A stretch of 64,000 nt of DNA from a virus (taxonomy: Duplodnaviria > Caudoviricetes): the IMG/VR virus record IMGVR_UViG_3300028804_000001, positions 128,001-192,000 of that record, one strand, 5' to 3'. Every line of letters begins with the position of its first letter. Position 1 is the stretch's first letter. The position numbers and the translations under genes are program-made. A model generated the notes under the pieces. It saw nothing but the letters and a program-made list of their open reading frames with translations, was not told the DNA's origin and did no database searches. Positions 51,101 through 59,517 of the stretch are shown here, piece after piece.

Positions 51101-53458
51101 TTTGGTCATGACTTTTCCGGCTTTAGACTTGGCTCCATCCTGCATAGCCTTAAAGCCATTGAATAGATTTTTATAGCGTTTCAGAGCCAGAGAAGAGGCA
51201 GTTGCCATTCCATGTTCGTTATAATCTCTTTCGAACTGCATTCGAATGGCAGCCATCCGATTATGGATCCTACTGTAAAAAGCATCACTATAGGCCAATT
51301 GGGGGCCTTCAAACACTAGGGATACTTTCTTAAATACATCCGCGGTTGGATTTTCTTTATTCCTTGGAGCAGCAAATGTGAATTCAAAGGTCCTATTTCC
51401 GCCGGCACTTTGAATGGTTTTTGAATAGATTTTTCTAGCTAATTGTGCCGAATCGTATCTAGACTGACGGGCATCCAGCCTATCCGTAATACGCTTATAT
51501 CTGCTGTACACTATCTCGTTGAATGAAGGAGATACTCCTCCTTCTTTTGGTTCTACGCCCCATTTATTCTTTATACGATCTAACAAAAGATTATTGGCAT
51601 CTATAGTCTTAAATGAGAACCCAAAATTAACTCCAGTTTGCATCATCTCTTTAACATGGCGTGCATACTTTGTGGCCATCTGATTAGACCATGGAGTAAT
51701 CGATGCTACATTAAAAGCTCTAGGATCTGCAAGCTTTCTAGATCCTGGATGTCCTTGAATATCATCCGGGCTCATCTTAAATGACCAGCTAAATTGATCT
51801 TTAGTTCCTGATAATCCCGTGGGTATCTTCGGAACTTCATTTAGATGCCCTAGCTTACTGGTAAGGATATCATCCATCTTATGGAATAACTTATAGTGAT
51901 CACTCCATGCAAACATAACATCTGCTGCCATACGAGATGCAGATGAAGCTTTTCCACCATTAGCAGCATAGTCTGCCCAGTAGTTTAAGAGCAAACCTCT
52001 CTTCTGCATATAGTTATGAAAACCAGTTCCAGTTAAAGCCTCTCTAAGATCTGCAGGCATATCTGGACTGGTAAGCATTTGTGCTAGAGGCCCTTCTCTA
52101 AATGATCTATCCCATTCATCATCTCCACTAAGAAGACCCATCAATACATGTTCTGATGCAGCTTTCTTGGCATCGAAAGAAGCACGCATTACTCTAGCAT
52201 CTTCGAGCCTTGCTTCTTCTTGTCCTACATCTATATATTTCTTTTCTCCATCTTTATCACGGTAAGATTTAACATCACCAGATCCACCTTCTACAAGTCT
52301 ACGCATCATTCGGTAACTTAAGGATGAATAGGTGGCAACTGAAGATCCTTCATATTCGCCAAAGAGAGTAGAAGATGCGCGCAATAGAGCTCCACCATTC
52401 TTAGTTCTCTTGGCTAGTTCTTCAATAGTTTGGCGCCCTCTTCCAATATTTTCCAATTCTGCTAAGAAGAATTGCGTGTAGCTCATATAACCAGAAGCTA
52501 CAGATGTTTTACTTCCAGATCTAAGGACGGCTCCCTGGAATCCTATTACTCCATTAGAATCTGAAGATATGACATTTATATTCCTGGGTATTCTCTTAGC
52601 ACCAGGAACTCTAGGTATACTGCCAACTCTAGTCGTTACTTCGATATTGGCATTGTACATATCAAAGGATCCGTCTACTGGTACAGCAACATGAATCTCA
52701 TGAGTAGATCCAGTAGTTCTATCTCTTACTTCAAATGCGGTTATCTTAATACCAATCTGACGGGCTGGTAGTCTTCTTGCTATTGGTCCATTTTCATTAG
52801 TTACTAATTCATAATTGCTATGAGCATGCTTAGAATATTCATCAAGCATCATCATAAACTTTCTTTCTTCTCTAGACATCTGATCTGGAGTGATCATAGA
52901 TGCCAGCTTCATTGGAGTATGTTCTATACCACCGGCAGCTTCTGCAAGAGTCTTATCGAATGGACTCATCTTACTGATTACATATTCTTCTATAACTGCT
53001 TTTTGTTTTCCAGGATCGTTGGAGTATTTCTCCATTAAGTTCTTAAGTTCATCATGAGCTCCAGCCATAACCTCTTCAAGAGAGAGATTACTAAGCTGAC
53101 CTTCATCACGTATGTTTCTTAAAAGCTGCGCAAGTTTAGGATCTCCTTCTACAGTATATCCGCCAGGAGAAGCCTCGGTTCTTTTAAAGAACTCCTCCCC
53201 TTCCAGGATGAGGGGATTCCTTTGTGGATTTCTTTTACGCTCTCGCTCGGCATGAATCTTACGATATTCATCTTCAGCCTTCTTAACCATCTTTCCCTGT
53301 TGTTTAGCCATGGCATTTCTAAGTGCCAGGACACCAACAGGGACACCTACAAAATAGGCAAACTGCTGAAGAGGAAAAGCGGCTTTAGAGATAATCCCAG
53401 GATCTGTTGGATCATCTTCATTATCCGGTAAATCTACATTATGAAAGTAATCTTTCAT
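45116..53458 (-). CDS. Candidate single-chain two-barrel (DPBB) RNA polymerase, probably virion-associated (2780 aa)
   Basis: Beta-like motifs: NVATIVSSRGAQWSAVE(915)D(916)GAL and RTLEFDAIKSVPDGDYK(1079)QAKHYGVVEK(1089)AAM. Beta'-like motifs: NIALTSFR(1968)QSIYSP and IALADGD(2006)QD(2008)SD(2010)LMY. Order matches a fused beta-beta' polymerase. Confidence 0.65.
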   Translation of the reverse strand: MKDYFHNVDLPDNEDDPTDPGIISKAAFPLQQFAYFVGVPVGVLALRNAMAKQQGKMVKKAEDEYRKIHAERERKRNPQRNPLILEGEEFFKRTEASPGGYTVEGDPKLAQLLRNIRDEGQLSNLSLEEVMAGAHDELKNLMEKYSNDPGKQKAVIEEYVISKMSPFDKTLAEAAGGIEHTPMKLASMITPDQMSREERKFMMMLDEYSKHAHSNYELVTNENGPIARRLPARQIGIKITAFEVRDRTTGSTHEIHVAVPVDGSFDMYNANIEVTTRVGSIPRVPGAKRIPRNINVISSDSNGVIGFQGAVLRSGSKTSVASGYMSYTQFFLAELENIGRGRQTIEELAKRTKNGGALLRASSTLFGEYEGSSVATYSSLSYRMMRRLVEGGSGDVKSYRDKDGEKKYIDVGQEEARLEDARVMRASFDAKKAASEHVLMGLLSGDDEWDRSFREGPLAQMLTSPDMPADLREALTGTGFHNYMQKRGLLLNYWADYAANGGKASSASRMAADVMFAWSDHYKLFHKMDDILTSKLGHLNEVPKIPTGLSGTKDQFSWSFKMSPDDIQGHPGSRKLADPRAFNVASITPWSNQMATKYARHVKEMMQTGVNFGFSFKTIDANNLLLDRIKNKWGVEPKEGGVSPSFNEIVYSRYKRITDRLDARQSRYDSAQLARKIYSKTIQSAGGNRTFEFTFAAPRNKENPTADVFKKVSLVFEGPQLAYSDAFYSRIHNRMAAIRMQFERDYNEHGMATASSLALKRYKNLFNGFKAMQDGAKSKAGKVMTKVKGFDDFVKTFGEFIDTVSPDEIGKYTRISTNANYVRDRNVGIRSIAYPSYRIDNKKSVIEADFGSKTHRLRFLQLTGDPADELNSVLRSLDDVQRQRIANGLQQTVSNVQHNVATIVSSRGAQWSAVEDGALRVLAKDGYEDGITGVVTTTSSGKFHLRKFINKETGKWDIELAIEGIGESKIIKTGHRARSFLEKLITETESAQAQLASRTDKEVSRSYISRTFKEHNLDAGVEVFSRRGANGWEFNSFSQSLLSWKAHIRSQPVGDNDVEPPIRTLEFDAIKSVPDGDYKQAKHYGVVEKAAMSTREFEVAMQDPYLNKVANAAGLSGGRRGFIIADTASKGTTGYKTMGVITHVYNQTMRATVNALKERYEEFRKRNPRLEAWSLRNLKNEGFLNRFKLVDFHGKRITNLLNLQKYVLEYTFLSTLTPFQISKDAAGAHEYNIQALRGLREVQKGTSSFVDLLKSNQGLADAVERAKSIASNFYTAAPVVVNKTGEYDFIVNLKRGIPNGGFIDDVIGPAPVLWQIGKDDKLNPLKDFDIYNPGKLNSELETIVKKAIDKDTRVGTYHPLVEAGELVSDLIHKFRYGSQSAGAPKLAVELIRDIGSHDLKVEAKRDVSALSGMFSPIQIIEGQHTHTIMYGTDATAKFFPRGGSGVLPSNVHFNMRDLLLLKQRNPAAANMVQEHMASGKLWLEKEIDFQLRFLDSAKSMSDSIKSAAGNIKVKRNAIRSMLLHPYRTDRKRSSFDPKRNPFLTDPVAQAGGDANRALAIVGEIQQNKFLDFKDLIDATIAEARGNIRGPHSLSSMNITEAATKLFDSSKEIGVEQFNILRKNLEDVIRHSGKGPATLKILLSGFEGSEAIVNQLSGLGNRNILEAPLEFNHHDIEDVVRKATLENVDGKKIASARIAKITKGSSTDVAMRFMQMVSALDYIAESKRAYKGDGATLSALEKLNTDIIHGFANDLNGIAEYIKTHGAGKGTQIENRGYKQLIPGTYSMFRSDAIQAKVGTNGSIPISAEQAAGYITMNQEEAIRFMLGVDHGGRKAYKYAAKVNKMIKLVNEAVRISTNISEGQGVHTVSPIWDEVKELGHLQTFIDYLEKTDITRIKDHKQLKDFHNALRFLKRSSVSKRETGLIDFIKSLQDPESANSLKAKLYDESVRRVRGIMKGNINIALTSFRQSIYSPTDFRQLFLRIDNSLHNGQIFGSSIDIALADGDQDSDLMYHIGRGSRDLYISTIEDKAVKLAHARNELQIRASGLLQERLLYQPSNESTFRSYNVATQRWLRKSADIGKNAYYQMTALKDVIDSHVKDTLHLYNIKATPQEIEDLTKTYTKSILKPRMEGRAGANVDELFFISHGLADHDSRKIVLHLSQNSGKLTATMHHPGAGGSGGVFAQIAADDGAIKAAFISDAREKLASKYKKTSEGLKSRLENFFQELGDESGPISDLRGRISPETSSIVKDAAGVPYKYTTFANLTLEVAERNWFTGVKHAASREAFKEDMKKRYGTSNIPSSFNTEVIDTLRERFIRPAAEQLAMQSKHGSANIIRSFVERMQEAAKNVKLVDPTNPFSEITPDSLDKFKNTVRQISNFRAFEVDLGAWEKNVMARTGKDLGRMRYSGYLDIVKKRMLSSDLAIKSLMASQNGEIPTLEAMKNVNIQAMKGPAVGDLQARINAVVEKHGGSQSEALEKFFHSAYERFGSDKYYRNLSRSAKAGNLSRAILTQMASDMEDYSKMGATNAGAHTLMAHYALSMELRAGHVRMMRDFDLSKGMVELQLRITGAAEADRGFRVMKRSAEMGYEYLRGNGELDLHGYVKWINETHAGAPRRAAISGAAWFLNKRADDVSELFKLSNEHESHNYWDSISHAEGGLNLNKSYHSTALEMKNMGKSALVGTFLAMGINQLLSGYAVPDLDRTQGKGGEYWEKKARKQSEMNMKPRAPMVEAADPNRAVDVATAMQYAQQNRTFIQQKDHARNQNFKQKSSYGVRIQ

Positions 53459-56400
53459 TATACTATTTCTATCGTAACCTGCATTGGGCCGTCAGATTGT
53501 TCAACACTTATTGTAGGCCGCATACTAGACAGAATCCTCTGCAAATGAGCCTTTACCTGCTGCGCATCTACTCTATATGAATCCTTTCTTCTAGGACCGT
53601 CTATATCTTCTATAGTCATTTCAGGGATATGCATTCCCATACTCTGCATCTCTGCCATTCTTCTACGAGTCTTCTGCCATCCTAGGCCGGCATCTGTAGC
53701 ATTAAGACCAGCATTATCCATCGTCTTAACAGCAACATCTTCAAGAGGCTGATCGTAGTCTGATACAATCTTTGGATCTACTTTGTAATTACCAGAGAAA
53801 GAACCGGGTAAGTAATCTCTCTGAAGTCCCATTGATCTATCTGCCAGGATAGAAACTTCCTCTGGCATTACTCTTCTAAACTCAGATATGTTTGATGTAT
53901 TTAATTCACTCAAGATATCATTTAAATACATCCGTTCCTGTTTATTGGAAACAGAGGCTATCCTGGAATTTGTTATAACCTGATTAGATTCCAGGGTGGC
54001 AGTCATCGTATTCTTCATACGATATCTATATTCAGAGGCGCCTGTGGAATCGTATAATTCCTTATAGCGTTCCATCTCTGCTTGATCGGCAGCAGCTAAA
54101 ATCTGCCGCATCTTCTGGGTCTTATCAGGAATCCAGCCCGCACCATTAACTATCTGAGCTCCAGTAAGAGACCATGCAGTTCCAGCTAATCCACCAAGAG
54201 CTGCTCCTACAGAACCACCAAAAGCAAAGCCGGCCGTAACCCCAGATGCAGCAGCCTGCAATGGATCCGTCTCTCGAGCCATAAGGTTAAAGTATGGCGA
54301 TACATATGAATCAATGGGATGATTCCACGTTTTAAAAGATTGGCCATAAACCATATCTTCTTCATAAGCTTGGAGAGCTGTTTTATTACCTATGAACTTC
54401 CTAGTGATGGGGTTTCTAAATGTGGATAAATATTCCCATGCTCCACCAATAGCTCTCTCTAAAGGATTGTATTGATCATCTACTTCTCTCTGAGATGTTA
54501 CTTCATCTGGAGTTAATGCATCTCCTTGATTAAGGAATCTAGATTGCATGAAGTTCATGCTCTTTCTTTGCTTCTCTACTTGATCCAGAGTATCCTGGTA
54601 TACCTGAATATCATTCTCATCAAGTAGTCCTTGATTCATTTGAGCTCTAACGATCTTAAGTGTGGATCTATACTGATCACTAAACGGTGCAACATCTGCC
54701 AGGATCTGCAGTCTATCTATCATGCTGTAGTTTATTCCTGGTGCTACTGGTAGACCTTCATCATATCTCTTCTTCATGGCAGTTAAACCTTTCTGCCTGT
54801 TCATTAAATCTACCGCGGATTCTTGTTCATACTTATCCTGGTCGGCCTGAATAATCTCTTCTGTGGTATGACCTTGCTCATCAATACCAACAAGCAATCC
54901 TCTCTTCTGGCCACTTAATACCAGGTAAGCATTCATTGCTCCTTTAGATCCTTCTATAAATCCTCCGGCCTTAGCTAGATAGGGTGCAAACTTAACAGAT
55001 ACAATATCTCCAGAATCTGTTTGGTATGTAGCATCGGCATATGCTGTTAAGTTCTTTGATGTATCATATACAATACTCTGCTCTTTCATAAGCTTGCCTT
55101 CAGCTTTGATAAGAGCTAAGATTTCCTCTTTCTTCTCGTTTACTTTATCGGCCCATTGATATCTAGGAACAATTACCTCAACATCTCCTGAGTAGAAACC
55201 AATTGCATCCTTACTATTTACACCAAGCATATCAGCTTCACCAGGAGTCGCTGGTGTGATGTTTCTTAGAGTCTCATATGCTTCCCCAGGTAATCTTGCT
55301 TCCCCCGCATCTACCTTTGAATATGGATCCCCATGTTTAAAGTCGGTGAAGTATTCTGATCCCGGCATCCAGTTTGGCTGCAGGTTACGTACTGGATTAT
55401 ACATCTCATAATCTTTGGCCTGTCTAGGAAAGATACGACGGATACCTTCGGTAAGGCCCATAAGGCCACCGAGCTGCATATCCCAGAAGCTGCGCCCTAA
55501 GGATCCAATGTTTGGTGCATCTATCTCAGGAGTCTGAGAGAATAGCTGTTTATTGCCTGTAAATACGTCCTGAAGAACTTCAGCACTAAAACCTCTAAGA
55601 CCTCCAACTTCCTTTAAGTTATAGAATCCGTGTGATAATCTACTCTCTATACTATCTCCTTCTAAAGGATCCCCATAGAAAGCATTCTCTACCATACTCG
55701 AGGCGCCCATACCAGTAGCTCTGGCCAGCCTTTGAGTTTCAGTTCCTCGGTTATGGATAATAGCATTAGCGGTTGCCTGTGCAGCTGCCTGTGTTCCAAC
55801 CATATCCACATCATCTCGATGCATTGGAGTATTTCCAAGATTAACAAATGGTCCTATGATTGGTATGTTAGAGAATACTCCAGGAGCTGCAAGGGAGGGT
55901 CTAGAATAGTAGTGCTTCCTGTTATAGACCGCGGGATCTACATAGCTCATCATCTCAGTCATGAGATCGCTTTTAAAGTTGGGAGACCAACGGTAGTCTG
56001 ATCTCATCATTGCATACATATGCGGCCGGAAGTAACTGGTCTTATCGCCCAGGAACGAGTTACTACCCAGTTCCCAGAAGCGGGATGTTCTAATCTCTAC
56101 TTCTTTTTCACCTTTGAATTCTGCTAAAGTTTCTGCTCGGTTCTTAGATATATCCCATTCTCCAAATAATCCAAGTGGTCCACCGCCCAGTAACATACCA
56201 ACTGCACCACCGATAACACCACCAGTAATCCCACCCCGAGCTCCACCAGCAGCAAATCCCTTTGTAGCTCCAATGACAATAGGGGCAAGACCTCTCAGAG
56301 CTCCAGATAAAGGAGAGCTAATAGATCCTGGTAGCCAGTTCTCTAAATACTTTGCAGTGCTCGTAACTCCAAGAGTATCAAGAACTCCCTGTGCACCTAA

Positions 56401-59400
56401 ACGCATACCAGCATATGCATTCATTGGTAGCATATAGATTCCCTCTTTAAGAGGGGTATTGTCAAACAGGGTGCTGTTATCTATAATTCTATCTGCAGCA
56501 GTGAGGCCGGCAATTAAACCACCAACCGGTAGGATCCTCTTGGTAATCCACTTCTGGCCGAGCTCTCTATAGTTGGCATAATGATCTATACCAACTCCCA
56601 GGAGACCCATGGTCTTATTAAATGTCCCGAGAGCGGCTGCCATGAATTCATGACCAAGACCGGTATAGTTTGCTATCTCTTTTGGATTCTGCCCATTGGC
56701 ATCATATAGCATGGAAGTCCTGGCAGTTCCAGAACCTTTATCTCCAAATAGAAATACAGTATCAGAAGAGAGAGGAGGATACTTATAACGTGTTGTGGAC
56801 ATGGATTTCATCATCTGAGATCCAGGCGCCAGTAACTTTTTAACTACCGCTTCCTCTTCCGGTTCTATCTTTAGTATTAATCTATTTATAACATCATTAA
56901 CATTATCGTGAAAGTGTTCAGGTGGAACGGTTAAATCTGGAGTTTGCAAACTCTTAATTGCATTGATCTGAGCATGCGACTTCATGATATTTGAATATGC
57001 TCTAATCTCAGTATCACTTCTATATCCTGCCTTACCCAATACCTTGGACATGGCATCTATGCCTTCGATTATATTACCCTGTCTATCAGTAGTCTTTGCA
57101 CGCAGAGTAAAGTTATGAAGGAGCATTGATTCGTAATCATCTCCAACACTGGAGGTGAAAGATTTACCAGTCCTGGTTAAAAGACTTCGTACGTCAGATG
57201 GATTGGTAGTTGTTATTAAATCTCTCAGCTGCTGAACGGCAGTTACCATGTCTTTGGACTTGTGAGACATTGCCCACTGTTCTACTTTAAGAAGCCTATC
57301 TATAGCTTCTGTAGAATCTTTAACACCATGGAGGGACATACTGCCTAGAGTCTTCCCAGCATCTTTTAAACCCATAGCATCAAGGCTAGATACTATGTTT
57401 CCATAATGCTTACCTTGCATAGTTACAAAGTCAAACATCGAATGCTGGGAACTTACAATTGTATCTTCGAATACACTAAGTGCTGCTTTCTTAAACGTTT
57501 CTCCGCCTGGAGTCTTTGTTAGCTTTGTGAACTCTCCCTTTGCTTCTTTAGTAAACCATGTAACGGCGTTTCTAGGATTGTTCATCTTCTCGAAGAATCC
57601 ACTTATCATTGAGAAGACACTCTTAACTCCAGCGGATCCTATATCCCATTTCTCACGCATGGCGTACGCCCACCCAAGAGCATCCTCTGTGGGTACTCCG
57701 TACATATGGGCCATATCTGCTATTTCACCTGGACTCCTAGGTCTTGCGTAATTAACTCCAACATAATAGGATCCTTCTCCTTCTCCTATTTTCATAAACC
57801 CAATACCTCTGGCAACATGCTCTGCCATATTGGATTTATTATTCTCTACGAAGTGTTTTATCCTACCTCCACCTGCCAGGGTATATTCCTTACCAGAATG
57901 ACCATTGAGTAATGTTCCATATCCATTCTCATCTATACGGAAGATACTTCCTTTCTCCAATGGGAGAATGCCTTGTTGGAGATTTCTAAGAAGTCTTTCT
58001 TGAAATGGCCGGCTTACATTAACCCCACCGGTATTACCAGCATCAAACTTAATATCATTATGAGCTAACCATAGATCATCTAGAAGAGTCTTGGCATGAA
58101 CTTTAACATCCTTGGATGGTCCAAGAAGATCGGCCAATGCCTTCTCAGTCATAGGCCTGAGATCTCCATTAGCATGTGGATCTGCAGAGGCACTAAAGTT
58201 ATCGAAGATAGTATTTAGATCTTTCCCTTGTAAAGATCTGGCTTTGTATTGTGGTGCAAATATCTGACGATTGGGAGCACCATGGATATACGATCTAGCA
58301 GTTCTGGTAAAGCTACTTCTAAGATAGTTAGCACCACCGGTTATAATCTTCAAAGGGGCCAGCCCCATTATATTAAAGTTATCAAGAGCATTAGCAGCAA
58401 GATCTCTAATCTTGCCCATGTGAAAAGCTCTAACATCAAATACCTGGCTTTCACCTTCTCCATATCTTATAAGACCACGATCTCTAAAATAGACATTAGC
58501 ATCATTGGCAGCATGACTTCTAGAAAGTCCCAGAACTGCATCATTCTGAAACATATCTTTTTGTTTATCTGGGAAAAGCTTCTTAACCCACTTAACAATT
58601 CCTTCATCTTTCTGAATCATCTCTCTGTGTTGTCTAGCTAACTTAACTGCGAAGTCAGGAGTTAAATTAGCATGCGCATCTGCAGCAGATAAGATGCCTC
58701 GAGTAACATGTATATCTTCGCTAAAGATACTTCTCTTATTAAGCCTGAAGTCTCTATGCGCTTCGACTAGATCTTTTGCTCTTCTTCTAAGACCGCGGAT
58801 ATTTGTGAAGTCTTGCCAGTGCCTATTCTTAAAAACCTCCTGTTTCATATGGGATACATAACCCATATTCTCTCCAGCCTGTCGGCTTACAGCATTCATC
58901 CCATGGAAGAGAGCCATCCCAATAGGAGCCATTCTCCCTTTATCGATCATATGATGAACGAAGTTAGCTCTCATCTGCTTACTTACCATACGGCCGGCAG
59001 ATGATAATGCACCGAATGCTAAAGAGATAGGAAGGTAAGAAGCATAGTAATGTGCAAAGTTCATGTCCCGCATCTCGGGACTCTTTGTCTTATCGTATCT
59101 ATAGATAGCATACATGACTGGCATAATTGCCAGTTCATTCTTTGCATAATCGAGGGCCCAGGTTCCTACTCTCTGGTTGTGTCCTCCACCTAAGAATCTA
59201 CCAAGAGCTCTAGAAGTTTTAACTGAGAACGGGGACATCTCACCGGCAAACTTCTCAGCTTCAGTAGCAATACGACGCATAGAACGGTATACAGATTGGT
59301 ATTGCTTACGTGCTGTTCTAACAGCAGATCTAGTTACTATATCGTTGAGTGGCTTACCACCATGCTCAAGTATCTCTTTAGTGAGAATGTGTTTCTTTAA

Positions 59401-59517
59401 AAGGTCATAGCCTATCTTCCGGGTAGCCTTAAAGAACTTCCCGGCATTCTTGAGGATTACATTCCCAACTGCAGAGGATCCGAAGATCTGTGTAAATAAT
59501 GGAACTGGGTTAATCAT
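53458..59517 (-). CDS. Tape-measure-position / ejection protein (2019 aa) with Gly-rich hydrophobic segments and a degenerate PD-(D/E)xK-like domain
   Basis: First giant gene after the chaperone pair; largely helical. Gly/Ala hydrophobic tracts: GLAPIVIGATKGFAAGGARGGITGGVIGGAVGMLLGGG and GVTAGFAFGGSVGAALGGLAGTAWSL. Motif-like blocks: RFWELGSNSFLG, NWMPGSEYFTDFKHGDPYSKVDAGEARLPGEAYE. Confidence 0.55.
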   Translation of the reverse strand: MINPVPLFTQIFGSSAVGNVILKNAGKFFKATRKIGYDLLKKHILTKEILEHGGKPLNDIVTRSAVRTARKQYQSVYRSMRRIATEAEKFAGEMSPFSVKTSRALGRFLGGGHNQRVGTWALDYAKNELAIMPVMYAIYRYDKTKSPEMRDMNFAHYYASYLPISLAFGALSSAGRMVSKQMRANFVHHMIDKGRMAPIGMALFHGMNAVSRQAGENMGYVSHMKQEVFKNRHWQDFTNIRGLRRRAKDLVEAHRDFRLNKRSIFSEDIHVTRGILSAADAHANLTPDFAVKLARQHREMIQKDEGIVKWVKKLFPDKQKDMFQNDAVLGLSRSHAANDANVYFRDRGLIRYGEGESQVFDVRAFHMGKIRDLAANALDNFNIMGLAPLKIITGGANYLRSSFTRTARSYIHGAPNRQIFAPQYKARSLQGKDLNTIFDNFSASADPHANGDLRPMTEKALADLLGPSKDVKVHAKTLLDDLWLAHNDIKFDAGNTGGVNVSRPFQERLLRNLQQGILPLEKGSIFRIDENGYGTLLNGHSGKEYTLAGGGRIKHFVENNKSNMAEHVARGIGFMKIGEGEGSYYVGVNYARPRSPGEIADMAHMYGVPTEDALGWAYAMREKWDIGSAGVKSVFSMISGFFEKMNNPRNAVTWFTKEAKGEFTKLTKTPGGETFKKAALSVFEDTIVSSQHSMFDFVTMQGKHYGNIVSSLDAMGLKDAGKTLGSMSLHGVKDSTEAIDRLLKVEQWAMSHKSKDMVTAVQQLRDLITTTNPSDVRSLLTRTGKSFTSSVGDDYESMLLHNFTLRAKTTDRQGNIIEGIDAMSKVLGKAGYRSDTEIRAYSNIMKSHAQINAIKSLQTPDLTVPPEHFHDNVNDVINRLILKIEPEEEAVVKKLLAPGSQMMKSMSTTRYKYPPLSSDTVFLFGDKGSGTARTSMLYDANGQNPKEIANYTGLGHEFMAAALGTFNKTMGLLGVGIDHYANYRELGQKWITKRILPVGGLIAGLTAADRIIDNSTLFDNTPLKEGIYMLPMNAYAGMRLGAQGVLDTLGVTSTAKYLENWLPGSISSPLSGALRGLAPIVIGATKGFAAGGARGGITGGVIGGAVGMLLGGGPLGLFGEWDISKNRAETLAEFKGEKEVEIRTSRFWELGSNSFLGDKTSYFRPHMYAMMRSDYRWSPNFKSDLMTEMMSYVDPAVYNRKHYYSRPSLAAPGVFSNIPIIGPFVNLGNTPMHRDDVDMVGTQAAAQATANAIIHNRGTETQRLARATGMGASSMVENAFYGDPLEGDSIESRLSHGFYNLKEVGGLRGFSAEVLQDVFTGNKQLFSQTPEIDAPNIGSLGRSFWDMQLGGLMGLTEGIRRIFPRQAKDYEMYNPVRNLQPNWMPGSEYFTDFKHGDPYSKVDAGEARLPGEAYETLRNITPATPGEADMLGVNSKDAIGFYSGDVEVIVPRYQWADKVNEKKEEILALIKAEGKLMKEQSIVYDTSKNLTAYADATYQTDSGDIVSVKFAPYLAKAGGFIEGSKGAMNAYLVLSGQKRGLLVGIDEQGHTTEEIIQADQDKYEQESAVDLMNRQKGLTAMKKRYDEGLPVAPGINYSMIDRLQILADVAPFSDQYRSTLKIVRAQMNQGLLDENDIQVYQDTLDQVEKQRKSMNFMQSRFLNQGDALTPDEVTSQREVDDQYNPLERAIGGAWEYLSTFRNPITRKFIGNKTALQAYEEDMVYGQSFKTWNHPIDSYVSPYFNLMARETDPLQAAASGVTAGFAFGGSVGAALGGLAGTAWSLTGAQIVNGAGWIPDKTQKMRQILAAADQAEMERYKELYDSTGASEYRYRMKNTMTATLESNQVITNSRIASVSNKQERMYLNDILSELNTSNISEFRRVMPEEVSILADRSMGLQRDYLPGSFSGNYKVDPKIVSDYDQPLEDVAVKTMDNAGLNATDAGLGWQKTRRRMAEMQSMGMHIPEMTIEDIDGPRRKDSYRVDAQQVKAHLQRILSSMRPTISVEQSDGPMQVTIEIV

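Noticed and set aside
30670-59517. Inteins or lytic transglycosylase/lysozyme domains explaining the size of the giant proteins
   Set aside because: I saw no intein splice-junction or LAGLIDADG motifs and no ES...GLMQ or lysozyme motif. A divergent domain cannot be excluded without HMM searches.
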